DNA of 62,689 nucleotides, filler included, from Sphacelaria rigidula (Eukaryota): the NCBI GenBank assembly GCA_964200075.2. It is 5 parts of 5 records of this genome, joined end to end, with 100 filler letters (N's around TTAATTAATTAA, not from the genome) between each part and the next. Parts side by side here need not be neighbours in the genome. Positions count along the whole stretch, not along the records: positions 50,234 to 62,689 come from CAXNAA020003749.1; 4 more parts are not named here. One strand, 5' to 3'. Shown one piece after another: positions 51,270 to 62,689 of this stretch. The notes below the pieces were generated by a model that was not told the origin of the DNA, searched no databases, and saw only the letters and a program-made list of their open reading frames with translations. Numbering within the stretch: the stretch's first letter is position 1; every line of letters begins with the position of its first letter. A program made the position numbers and the translations under genes.

Positions 51270-53010
51270 CATCACCAGCAGTAGCCAAGCGTGCGAGACA
51301 CACCCGATGTGTATATGTCGCACAGAGAGATGCACACAGCTGAATCTTACAGCCCTTAGCCTGGTGAAAGAGCATTGACTTATCAGCAGGCAGTACGGAC
51401 CAGCGATTTCGGGCATGGTGGCTATGACGCGCGAGGTGTGTGGGCGTTGTAGCACGATTGAAACGCGCACCGTCTCTAGCATGAGGAAAAATGGCAGCAG
51501 CAGCAGTCGGTAGCAGCAGCAGTATCGGCACCGGCTGATTCAGACCCACCCCTAGCCGTATACATTTACTAGCAATGAAGATACTGCTGCTACTGCTGCT
51601 GTTTCTCGTGTGGGAGGTGGGCCGCGTTTCGACGTGCGGCGATACCCATGACCTGGCGCGTTATTGCTCCCTTCTACAGTATTATTCAAAGTAGACCACG
51701 ATCCGTTTGCGTGTTGTTACCCCCAGACAGTAGTAGCATTTTCAGTACGAGTATGAGCTGGGCCAGCCTAAAAACGGATTCAAGCTCTAAAAGCAATATC
51801 TCATCGACACAGACGAGTTGGGCCGTGATCCGCACATCGTATTAATCGTCCAACCAAGGGGAAGGTGTCCATCTGCTCAAAAGTTTGGGCCCACATTTTC
51901 TCGTTGATTGAACCATGTCTAGTAATTCCTACACCGAGGGGAGATGGCGCCAATATTAAAATCTCTATGAAACTCCCGATCGATGTATTTAGCGGATGGC
52001 GACGAATTTTGGTGTGGAGAACCACAAAAGAGTGCCGAATAAAAAAGAAATGGGCCTTCCATTTTTTTTTCATAGAGGTTAAGGCGTTCTCGTGAAATAT
52101 GGTCTTCACCATAGTAGAACGCCCCAAATTAGTGGGAAAAATTGAAAAAAAATCAACCTGACCCACTTTCATTTGATGTTTATGCTCCAACCACGCCCCA
52201 CACAAAGTTTCAATACATGAACATTAAACGTGGGCCGGTAAATCGCCGGGAAAATACTGTCCCGAATTTCTTCTGACCCTGTCACTAAACGACCCATTAC
52301 AAGGCCAATTCTTGGAGTTGGACCCTCAAATTTCGTATGGACAATAAGTGGAGCATAATAAAAAAAATACTGGTGTACACAAGGGTTTTTTTTCATGAGT
52401 TGAGTGAAATAATCAGTTTTCAGATACCGGTAAAATGCCCCCAACTAATCTTTCAATAAATCGTGTACGCCAGTTATTTTTTTTATTATGCCTTACCCAT
52501 TGTTCATACCAATTTTCAGGGTCCAGCTTCAAGTATTGGCCGTATAATGGGCCTGCAAACTGCAGAATCGCTTCTCGGCTGGCCCAGCTCGTACGTATTA
52601 GTTGTTTTCTACTGTATTGGACGCTGGCTTCATTCCCATCAGCAGCAGCCGCGGGTGCGAGACACACCCAAGGTACACAGCTCGCACACAGAGATGCGCG
52701 CAGCTGTATCTCCCAGCACTTAGCCCAGTGAGCAAGAATAGACCTATCGACGGGTAGTACGGACCAGCGCTTCCCAGCACGTTGGCCATCACGTGCAAGG
52801 TGCATAGGGGTTGTAGCACGATCGAAACGCGGACCGTCTGTCTCATGGATAAGAACGGCAGCAGCAGCAGCAGTATCGGCACCGGCTGATTTAGACCCAC
52901 CCCCAGCCGCGTACATGTACTGGCAATGACCGTGCTGCTGATACTGCTGATGTTCCTTCTTCTCGTGCGGAAGGCGGTCCGCGTTTTGACCGGCGACAAT
53001 ACCCATACCC
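51270..53010. repeat. Two diverged direct copies of a ~370-bp repeat (~51270-51647 and ~52637-53007)
   Basis: Shared blocks gcgagacacaccc, gtacggaccagcg, ttgtagcacgat.gaaacgcg and agtatcggcaccggctgatt.agacccaccc. Confidence 0.75.
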
Positions 53011-56000
53011 CCTTGCGCATGATTGCCGCCCTCGTTGAAGTGGCTGGTCTGTTCGCGTGCTGTTTTACCGTTCCTTCATCACTTTTTTCCGACCGTAGCA
53101 TATTCGATAAGAACGGCGCGTGATTTCTCGTGATAGTGAAGTTGTGAACCGTCACTTCAGTATCACTATCACGAAATGATCATCATTTTCCTTGTTTCGT
53201 TAAAACACCGCCTTAGGTCGGCGTTCGGATCTTGACCCGACATTCTACACCCATGTCCGCTATTGAGTATCTCCAGTTCTTCGACATGGAGACAGTCAAC
53301 GGAGGTCACGTATTCATCCTTATTTTTCGCGGCCCGTGCAGGATGGCATTGCCGCATGGACATACGACGACAGCCGCACGGATACCCTAATTCTACCGAA
53401 TAACGTAGCCTTCTTATTTCAAGCAATTTTACGCTTGAGAAATTCTGCATACTTTCGGCGGAATGTCCTGATACAAACCCTGTCCAGAAATTTCAACCGT
53501 TTTCTGTCCTCGTTTCAACCTTCGGAGAGCGTTTGAATGTCAAGTCATTTCATCGGATTTTTTGCCATCATGTTTGCATCGACAAGAGGCAGAGGTTGGA
53601 TGTTGCTATATTAGATTTTGGTATCAATTTCATTCGAGGCAGTAAGGCGGTGTCTTATTAACCTGTTCTCGACTCGAAAACGTATGGTGGAATCGAATTC
53701 GTTTTCAAGTCGAAAACAATTGGATAAGACACGGCTCAAGTATACACTGCAGTGCAGAGAACTTCGTGATGCGGAAATGTCCCTCGTTACCTGATGCCCA
53801 AAAATAATATTTGAATCGGTTGAAATTGGAGAAGCGAATGAAAGCAAATGGCAATCACCATCTGATCCCGTTCAGACATCTGAAGTTTCAAAGTCAAAGT
53901 CGGTGGGTGTGTTGCTTGGGGGAAATTGTGGTGGACAGTTATTTTCATCACTGTTGTAACCAGTTTGTTGAAACTGGAAAAACATGATAATCCTTTCGCC
54001 GACATGCAGACCACGGCGCCTCCAGTGTGCTGTAGAACGGGGCAACCGCCGGCGTCGGAACCTGAGCACCGCGCCGCGGAGCGAAGCGCGGCGGCATACA
54101 GAGCCACGATGTTTGTCGCTACAGGGGGATACCGAACGCAGAATCTACCGCATGACCAGAAAGGTAGCCACTCGACAGCTCAGCGCCCCAAAATATATCA
54201 AAAGACGGGTTCGAAAAGGTAGTGTGATGCTGTGCTGTGGGCACCGTTCCGCACCACCGCCCCAGAAATTTTAGCCGGCGTAATTATAGTGATCTCCTTC
54301 CGACTCATCTCAGTCAACACAAGGTACCCACCCTACATACTCTCCACCATGCCTCCCAATACACACCCAGAGTGGAATACTAATCGATTTCCACCGTTGA
54401 ACCATGCGCCCAGTTCGAGGAGTAAATCCAGTGCACTGAACTACTCAGAATAAGTGACGGCTGAGTGTGTTCGACAGAGGGGCAGGGAGCGTGACACCGG
54501 ACCAGCTGGTTCAGAGAAATGGTGACCTTGTATACTCGCTGGTTCAAGCGTTTCGACGGAGACTGCGGCGGAGAGTTATGACATCTTCACCACAAGGGGA
54601 ATCTTTCCCGTGTGATTTGACCGCTAATCCAATTGTCGCACTGGATGGATGCATAGGTTCACGAGCTCTGTCTTCGGGTGGAAATACATCCGGGGATCAA
54701 GCATCGTCACCTGTCTGTAACTTGTCTTGGCTGGTGAGGAGAAAAGCTTCCACGGGTGTCGCTGAGGGGATAAACATTAAAGCACAAATATGAGGTGTAT
54801 TCTGCGTCAATCAGAATATCATAGCGGTTATTATATTGATGACCAGTATGATGGGTAACATTCGCCGATAACTCTCGGAACGGCAGAACACCGGCACCAG
54901 ATCTAGGTAACCCACACGACGCAACAACAAAGAGACCGAGAGCTGACTACCTCCAGCTATAATCCTATCATTCTCGCAATCCGCAACATGCTATACCGCC
55001 ACTAGACCTTTATCCCCGTCATAGACAGCCCAAGCTGTTGCGGTCAACAATACAAGGACACGAAGGCCAAACTCACATGATTCGATTTTGCCCATCGTGT
55101 TCTGCTTACTCCAGTCTGTTTGAAAATCGCCCACCAGAGAGAAAAAAGCAGGGCACGAGTTTAGCACGTTTCTCCCTAGCAGTGGGGTCCCTTTCGCTTG
55201 TCCACGGTAGATAGAGACGTCTGCAAGCAGCACGTGGTTACTCTCTCAGGGACAACGAATGCTTCTCTCGCGCTGCTGCTGTACAGCACTGCTTGGGACG
55301 TACGTAAAAATAAAGAGGCGTGCTTTTCAAGCAACAGAGCGAAACACACGCCTTTTTCGGTTTTTTACGTACGTGAATTGATACACACGCCATATGCTGT
55401 CCGTGTCTACCGTCTCATTTTTGAAGTCGAGAAAGAGGACGTGCGCGATCACTCAGGCATGCATAGGAAGTGAACATCAGCAAACTACGCGGAGAAGAAG
55501 GAGGTAAGGGAAACGACGTTCTGGCTATATTCGATGTGCTCTGTTGGTGGGCCACACGAGAGTGTAAGGTAAAATGACATAGCAATCAAACAGTCCAGAG
55601 AGTACAGGGTTTGTGTGGAAATACGCTGGGTTTCCCGACGACCTTTCCAAAGGCAACTACCTCGACTGCTGCGCTGGTACCGAACACGAAAGGGGGGTGC
55701 TCTACGGGCCTTCTGAACTTTTGTCGATCGATAAACCTTTCTTTCTACGGTAATCCCACAGCACCGAGGTCACGTGTAAATTTGTGTTAGAACCCAGCTA
55801 CTTCTGTGTTCACATCGGATTTAACGGTGGAGTTGTTGAAGCCCACCTAAAGGCGGGTGGGTACGGTGCGTGGAGTTTTTCTCGGTACAACATCGTTCCA
55901 GAGCGACAGGAGTGCGGGGTGTTCTTCTCTTGGTAGGCTAGGCTTTGTTGTTCTCGATCGGTGCTTTCCGCTCTTGTACAGGAAGAATTATGGTACAGGT

Positions 56001-56611
56001 CAACCTGGGAAAAGAAGTTACTTCTGTACCCTGCTTCACTCTTGTTGTTCTCGTCTGTCTCCAAACTCCAAACTATGAATCTGAGTTCTGCACCGTTTGT
56101 CCAGTACGGAGTAAATGGTGTAGTCGTACATTATCACAGACATGATAAGTCAGTACATTCTCGCGCAGGAGGCGGCTGCGCTGTATGCTGTGCTGCATGC
56201 TGTCCTGTGCAGTTACGCGTAACTTCATCGGCAGGTAGCCACACCGGGGTAGTGTTGTGTGGCACATTGTGCAAAAGCGTTTGTGTCGGCATTCTGTTTT
56301 GCCCCTCTCTGCCGTGTTACTCCGCATGTGTCATTGAACGATAAACCATGAACCATGCCGCACACAGCCCGAAGGTGAGGTGTGTTTCCTCCCGTCCCCC
56401 TCAAACTTTTACCCCGGTGCTCGAAGACGAAGGTTGGGAGGTCGTCCGTGTTACTCCGTCGTACGGTGCTCTATCAGGGAAGCCCATGCTGCTATAGAAT
56501 TGTACTGTACGGTTTGTACCACGTGATCATGTCGAAGGCAATGGTCATCCGCTACTACCCTACAACCTTCACAGCCTAAAGCCTCTCATCCTCCGAAAAC
56601 ATGGAACATTT

Positions 56612-56813
56612 CAAGTGCAGGTCGAGTAGAGTATACTCGATTGCGCGGTATTTTGAAAGACGTACTTGAGGTACTCAAATTAGGGTAGAATGTTGGGAGT
56701 CGTACCCAAAAAATAGCTGGAAAGAGACCCCTACAAACCCTACCCCCAATTTGTGTTGAGTACGACATCCGAAATACCCCGCAATTGAGTATACTCCACT
56801 CGACCTGCCCTTG
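56612..56813. mobile_element. MITE with TIR caag(g/t)gcaggtcgagt.gagtatactc
   Basis: TIRs seen; flanked by aaacatg(g)aacattt on both sides; related copy begins at ~19898. Confidence 0.7.
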
Positions 56814-57480
56814 AAACATGAACATTTAACATTTGGATTGTAAGTCTAACTCCACTTGTACGAGTTTTGTCATGTTCCACTGAGCTTTCTCTCCTTATTC
56901 CCCTCTCCTCAAATAATGTTGACACAGCAGGTCTGTAGCTCTAGCTGCAAGATAAAGAGCATACCACAAAACACAACGGGAGTGTCAAGATGAGTGCACC
57001 CACGGAGCCCACGGAGCAACCGCTCCACCCCACGCCGATGAACCACCCGATGATGAAGGGCAAGATGACGGTTGATGTCTCGAATAAACCCACATTTCAG
57101 GTGTGTGACATTCAGTTCTTCGTAGTTGTTGGCTCTAAAGCCGGTTGGCCCGGTGTCCCAGTTGAAAACTTCGACATCTTCTGAAAGTTGAGACGTGGGT
57201 TTGAATCTCGGTGAAGTCACACGATCTAGGATTTTTCATTACATCATATTCAACAGTAACAGTGGAGAGCGACTGTCTTGGTACACACATGTCGACTCCA
57301 CGGTCGATGAGGGCAGGAGACCAGTGATCTTGTCGTGATGGAAATAAAGGCAGGCACCGCAGGAAGAAGGTTGGGACGAAAGCAAGAGGAAAGAAGAGAA
57401 GACTCTAGCGCTGACCTTCCTAGTTCCTCTGTTCTCCTTACCCGGCTGATGCGCCCACGTATACCAGAATGTATAGAATT

Positions 57481-58067
57481 TCATCCAGAATACTTCCTCT
57501 GGTCGGGAATGTAGTCTCGCTTGGGGGAAACTGTGAAAACCAGGGGACCATGAAGGAGTTTCCCTGACTTTTTTGTTTTGTTAGTTTCCGAATGACCTGG
57601 AGATTCTCTGGAAATCGAGTTTTTTTATGAGAACCCAGCATCGAACGACCCACACACTCTGAAGGAACAGGTGAAAAAAATAATCGAAAAATCTACGGTT
57701 GAACGGGTTCTGGTCAAGAACGTCCGGAAACTTGTTTACAGTGGTTCTCCTAGCGATATGGAGAATCGCGCAATACCGAGATGTCCGGGAGGCGACCATT
57801 ACAGCAGTCAGTCGACCCAGAAGAAGATAGACACTCTGGGGGGTGTTATTTCGCGTCACTAACCCCGGCGACGAAAAATGAATGAAATGATGCTTTCCCC
57901 GCCCCCTCTTTTTTTGTCGAAAATCACGAACCCATCAGTCATTTAGACAACATTAAGTGGTCCCCAGGCAGGAAACGGTTCTGGTAGGAGAGGCATCCCA
58001 AACGAGCTTATATTTCCACCAAGTTGATTCGAGCTTACATTCCCGACCAGAGGAAGTCATTGGATGA
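57481..58067. mobile_element. MITE with ~35-bp TIRs
   Basis: tcatccagaatacttcctctggtcgggaatgta ... tacattcccgaccagaggaagtcattggatga. Confidence 0.7.
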
Positions 58068-58387
58068 CTACGAGCTGGGCCAGCTAACAGCGATTTCTGA
58101 GTGAATCCTGGCGATGTGATTGGTCATTCGAAGAGTTCTGACACAATGTTTTTATTATCAACCCGCGCAACATTACTGGGGTTGCGTAGAAGAAGAAAGA
58201 AAAGAGAAGCTAGAGCAAGTTGAAGTTTCAGCAGAATCAGAAAAAATGCTGTAACTCCAACTCCTTGAAAAATTGATGAATACGGCTGCACCCCGAACAA
58301 TGTTGTGGGTATTTGCGTCCAGGAGATCCTCAAATTGTGCGCCGCATCGCGCTTTTTCGGGTGACACGGCCGCGCCCCTTTGATCCA

Positions 58388-59091
58388 GAGCGATGCTATG
58401 GTAGCGGTGCATTTTTGCACAAAATGTTGTCTGGTCCAGGGGCTCTTACGATGCTACATGCACGAGAATATGGATCAGGTCATCCCCGTTTGCAAATCCG
58501 TTCGGGATATCCCTAGCACATTGGAATGGTAATCCTGGCGTACTCTCACATGTTTCAAAAGTCGTGTTTTGAGTGAGATAAAGGGCTCCCAAGACCGACT
58601 CTAATGGGAGCCGTGTTTGGCCCTTCTCCGTCGTTTTACTCCTGAAGAGAGGCCTAGGCGGCTGTTGACGCCTTGGAATGACTTGCTCTACTCGTTGAGG
58701 CCGTTCCAGGGCAACTTTGCGCTGCCCGCTGGCCACACTTTCATTTTTGGCCGAAGTTGGATTTTCAACAAAAGACGGCCAAGCGATCGAAAAACAGGGG
58801 GGAATTTTGATCACCTGACCGTTTTTTACTGAAAATCCGTGTTTGGCCTGATTTGGTCAAAAACAAAAGTGCGGCCAGCGGGAAATGCATAGTTGCCCTA
58901 AAACAATCTCGACGAGTAGAGCAAGTCATTCCGAGGTGTCAACATCCGCCTAGCCCTCTTTTCGAGCTTAAATCGACGGAGAAGGGCCCAAAAGCCAGTT
59001 TTCGACTGGGATTTTGAACTGCTCCCATTAGAGTCGGCCTAACAATTCTAACCTCAGAAAATACTTGTGGCCTTCTACCGTAGCATTGCTC
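58388..59091. mobile_element. MITE of the 17182 family (inverted) with a nested insertion
   Basis: gagcgatgctatggtag ... ctaccgtagcattgctc; flanks tcca/tcga. Confidence 0.8.
58593..59039. mobile_element. Nested foldback MITE, PIF/Harbinger-like (3-bp caa/taa flanks)
   Basis: Long TIRs g(a/g)ccgactctaatgggag...; removing it restores the host MITE sequence gggctcc-nnn-ca.ttctaacctcagaaaa. Confidence 0.75.
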
Positions 59092-59612
59092 TCGAAGTGT
59101 TACAGAAGACTCTGGTTATTTAGGTCATGAGTTCGAATCCCGACAGTTTCTCTTCTTGTTCTTCCGTCAATATGGTCATATGTTATGCAGTACATTTTAT
59201 TATAAGAGGGGCCTGTGGACAACGGGCCAGCCTTATCTAACCCAAGGACGGTGGGTGTATGTAGGTATAGTATCTTCTCACTCAGTGGACTTGTACGTGG
59301 GGAGCTTGCAGGGCATAGCTCGGGACGAGAGATGGACTGACCAGGGCGGGCGCGTGACTGACGCGCCCAGAGTGAGGAGTATGACGTTAGCCCAGACAGG
59401 GATTGGAGGATGACGGTCCCTGGGCCGACGGGCCCGGGGAGACGGTCCGGTTGACGTGCCCGGGTTATGAGTAAGCGGGTCGGGTCATATAGAGTGTCAA
59501 TCACAAGTACAATAGTTTTCAAACGCACCTCAACTGCTCATGTTCATAATCCTGGCTGCTGTCTGTATTCCCCCCGTTCCTTTACACCGGCCTGCACTTT
59601 GCCGCTCGCAAG

Positions 59613-62335
59613 GCTGCCGGTACCGGTGAGGGGGGATCTCGAGGGACGGTGAAGGCGACCAAGGCTGAAAAACGCAAAGCTCCCTCTGCTGCCAATGATG
59701 CTCCTGCATCCAGCAGCAGCAGCAGTAGCCGTCCCGATCAAAAACGAGGCCGCAAAGCCGAAGTGGCACCCGAAGACGTCTGGATTTGCCCGCACTGCAC
59801 ATTTCGGAACGACGCAAGAGCACCAGGTGCTGCGACCACAGCAGCCGGTACTTGCCAGATGTGCGGCCAAATTGCACCACCCGGGATGGCGGCGGCGGCG
59901 GTGGCATCGAGTTCCGGTAGTGCTTGCAAGGAAAAGCCGGAGGTAGGGTGCTGTGTGTAGCATCTAAAAGGCAAGGTCGTGTGTCCACACGTGTCATGTG
60001 CCTGCACTCCCCCTTTTTGTCCTGAAATCTGGAGAATCCATCCTTGGCCCACTTTAGTAGTCTGTTTACAGTACAGACAGTTGTGGATGATATCTGGTCC
60101 GTGCATACGATGCGAGCCTATCAGGTCCTGGTTCAGACCTACTGTGACCTGTCTTCGCCAAAGAGAGGGAAAAAAAGGATGAAATGAGTTGTAGCTCGAA
60201 CGGTTGAGGGAAAGTCAATGGCGACGCAATGCTAAGGCGGTATGTCGATTCTTCTTCTTTTTTTATAAGGTTGCTCAGGCGATCGGTACTGTAATGTTTG
60301 TGGCACCTTTGTACACTGATTTTTTCAGTTTGTACCGCAAGTGCGATAGGGTTTGGCTTTGCGTACGTCTCACTTTTGGTGCGCGTTTGTATGTGCCCGC
60401 ACTCTCATGTACTTTAAATCAAAATACTGTACATGAAGTTGCAGTTGCTCGGTGGACAAGTGAATCTGCAGTGCAGTATGCGTGGCTGTCGTATTTGCCC
60501 TCGTACATACGCCGTTACGCCATCGTCCTCATTTCTGTAGAACACTAGACTATATGCACGAGCGTATCATCGGAAATCCTGCTTTTGAAAATCGATGGTT
60601 ATCGAAATTAAGCACATATGTGCCATTTTTCGTGATGTGCGTCGACGATCGCTAGATAACACCGGCCCCTTTTCTTCAGCTTCTCCTCCTGAGATGCCCC
60701 AGCATGTCAGACTCGTGCCTCTTGATGAAACCAAGCCTACGGACCTCCTAGGATGAACTCACAAGATGATGTAAAGGGGATAGCACTCATTCAGTAGGCC
60801 TGTGTCTCCTTTCAGGCTAAAGAGTGTGTATCTCACACACTCGGACAGATCTTCATCTTGCAGTTTCACGCGATAAGTATACGCGCATGTTGATTGGACA
60901 AGAATCTCGATCTCGCGTTCTTCATAGCTTGGTTATCCCTCGTTGGCTGTTTCTCTCTTATTAGCCGAGATGATGGTAGCAAAATTCCAAGCAGAAGATC
61001 CCAGCTAAGGGGTGATAACATGGAGGTCAGCCAATCACTCCCAAGTACAGCAAGCGTTGTCGCCTTGGGGCTAGGGGACAAAAACCGATTCGTCTACTGA
61101 TCAGACCGGAGATATAGGATATCAGGCGACTACCTGTCTACGGGTCTACGGAGGATATGCGGTATACGCCTGTCAACCTCATGATAGTGTATGAACTGCC
61201 TCCGTCCTTACATGTACTGCCACAGGAAATCGAAATTCCTAGCAGCTCGGATAGCGATGGCGGCGGTGAGAATGATGGTCATGGTGGGAACGATGATCGC
61301 AACGGGAGTGACAACTCAGATTCCGAAGACGTGACTGTCGGCCAGCACCGCAAGCGCGCCAAAGCTGCGCCTAGATCGACGAGCAAGGGAGCAGCTGCAC
61401 AGCGGCGGGAAAGCACCTCGCAAGATGGCGCTACCTCCTCGTCCGACACGAAAGGGAAACAGAAGCGAAAGCAAGCCAGCAACAAGAACCCGAGCGGTAG
61501 CAGGCGAGGAACTTCCAGCAGCAATGGCATCGATGTCGACAAAGACCACGAGGACCACGCGGCCTCATCACAGGACGACCAACATGGCGCGAGCGACAGT
61601 AACAGCAACGAGATGGCGATGGATGGGTCACTGCCGGTCACCAGTTCCTCGAAGCTGCCATCCTCCGCTGGCGCCAGCATCGCTGCAACCAGCAGCCCGT
61701 CAACCAAGTGGTGGTCAAGCGCCAGTCACAACGGCGACGATGGTAAGGCGGGTAGTCCGGGGTCCTCCTCCTCAAAGGGAGCAGCGGCGGCGGAGGCAGG
61801 CTCTGGGGTGACCATCACCCCAGAAATTTTCCAGCTGCGGGAGAACCTCGGAAGGCGACAGAAATTTCAGGCTAGCGTTAAGGCCGCCGACGCCGCCGAT
61901 GCCGACTCCTCACGCGACGCAGAAGACGCTTCTTCTGCAGCCCGGATATCCACAGATAGCAGCGTTGTTGGCGGCTGCGGTAGCAGCGAAAGCTCCGCCG
62001 TCGGGGACAGAGGTGGGGATGGACATGACGCGCACTCGGGTGCTGTGTCCAACGAGAGAGGGCCATCGCCGGGCGGCGCCGGAGCAACAACCGCCGACGG
62101 GAAGACAAACGCTGGTGGAAAGTCCGGTGCCAAGAAAGCAGCCGCGAAGGGAAAGGGAAAGGGGAGGGCCAAGGCCAAAGGCGGTGCCGGTGGTGTTGGT
62201 GATGGTGGGGTGAAGCTCACGCCGATGGAACAGCAGGTGTCCGACCTCAAGGCACGACATCCGGGGGTGCTGCTGCTGGTGGAATGCGGATACCGCTACC
62301 GTTTTTTCGGCGATGACGCTCTGGTTGCCGCCAAG
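59613..62335 (+). CDS. MSH3: DNA mismatch repair protein MSH3-like (MutS family), partial; exons 59613-59942 and 61226-62335
   Basis: [41 protein letters not shown] is the MSH3-type start of MutS domain I, preceded by a long disordered region. Phase-0 splice sites match (gag|gtaggg, cacag|gaa, aag|gtaaac). The upstream exon contains [10 protein letters not shown]...CQMC. Confidence 0.85.
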
Positions 62336-62689
62336 GTAAACTGCTGGTACATCGAGGGCAGAGTAGTAGTGCGTAGTCTTCTCGTAGTCCGCATCACTTT
62401 TATAGCCCGCATGGTCGAATGTATGTGCCTCTCCTCTTTTTTTTCTGTCGAGGCCAGCGCGCTTTGTCCTTGGTGAGGTGGAAGTAAAGGAGGCACCGAG
62501 CCGTGGAATACCGGGAAAGCAAGGCAATGGATTTGGGCACGGGAGGGAGGCGGGGTGGGGATCAAAGCCACAATTTTCTCGTGTGCGTTTGCGAAGTGAT
62601 GGTGCTGTCGTTTTTCCGGAGAGTGGGGGGGGGGGGGGGGGGGGGTGTTGGCGCTTTTTCAATTGGAAAAGGGGTAATTGGTGTTCTTT

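Noticed and set aside
56990-57100. Possible first exon of the MSH3-like gene (MSAPTEP...KPTFQ, phase-0 donor)
   Set aside because: Phase-compatible, but there is no PIP box or homology support; needs transcript evidence.
1-62689. ROCO, LRR fragment, EsV-1-7 and MSH3 as one functional cluster
   Set aside because: They lie on separate contigs joined by artificial spacers.

Overview
Eukaryotic genomic DNA rich in introns and transposons, most likely from a brown alga (inferred from the ROCO and EsV-1-7 gene families). The window is not one locus. It is five contigs of 12461, 12459, 12457, 12456 and 12456 bp, joined by 100-bp N/TTAATTAATTAA/N spacers, so linkage across spacers is meaningless. 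Contig 1 carries a spliced LRR-ROC-COR (ROCO) gene. Its LRR domain is a tandem array of 272-bp cassettes, each one 72-bp phase-1 exon (one 24-aa LRR) plus a conserved 200-bp intron. Two adjacent cassettes are identical except for three non-synonymous changes at ligand-facing LRR positions. Contig 2 has degenerate intronless LRRs, Copia, Gypsy and LINE relics and one methionine aminopeptidase exon. Contig 3 is mostly repeats. Contig 4 carries an intronless protein with 14 EsV-1-7 repeats that vary at a fixed di-residue. Contig 5 carries the 5' part of an MSH3-like gene with an apparent N-terminal NZF/RanBP2 zinc finger. Many MITEs and tRNA-derived SINEs are present.
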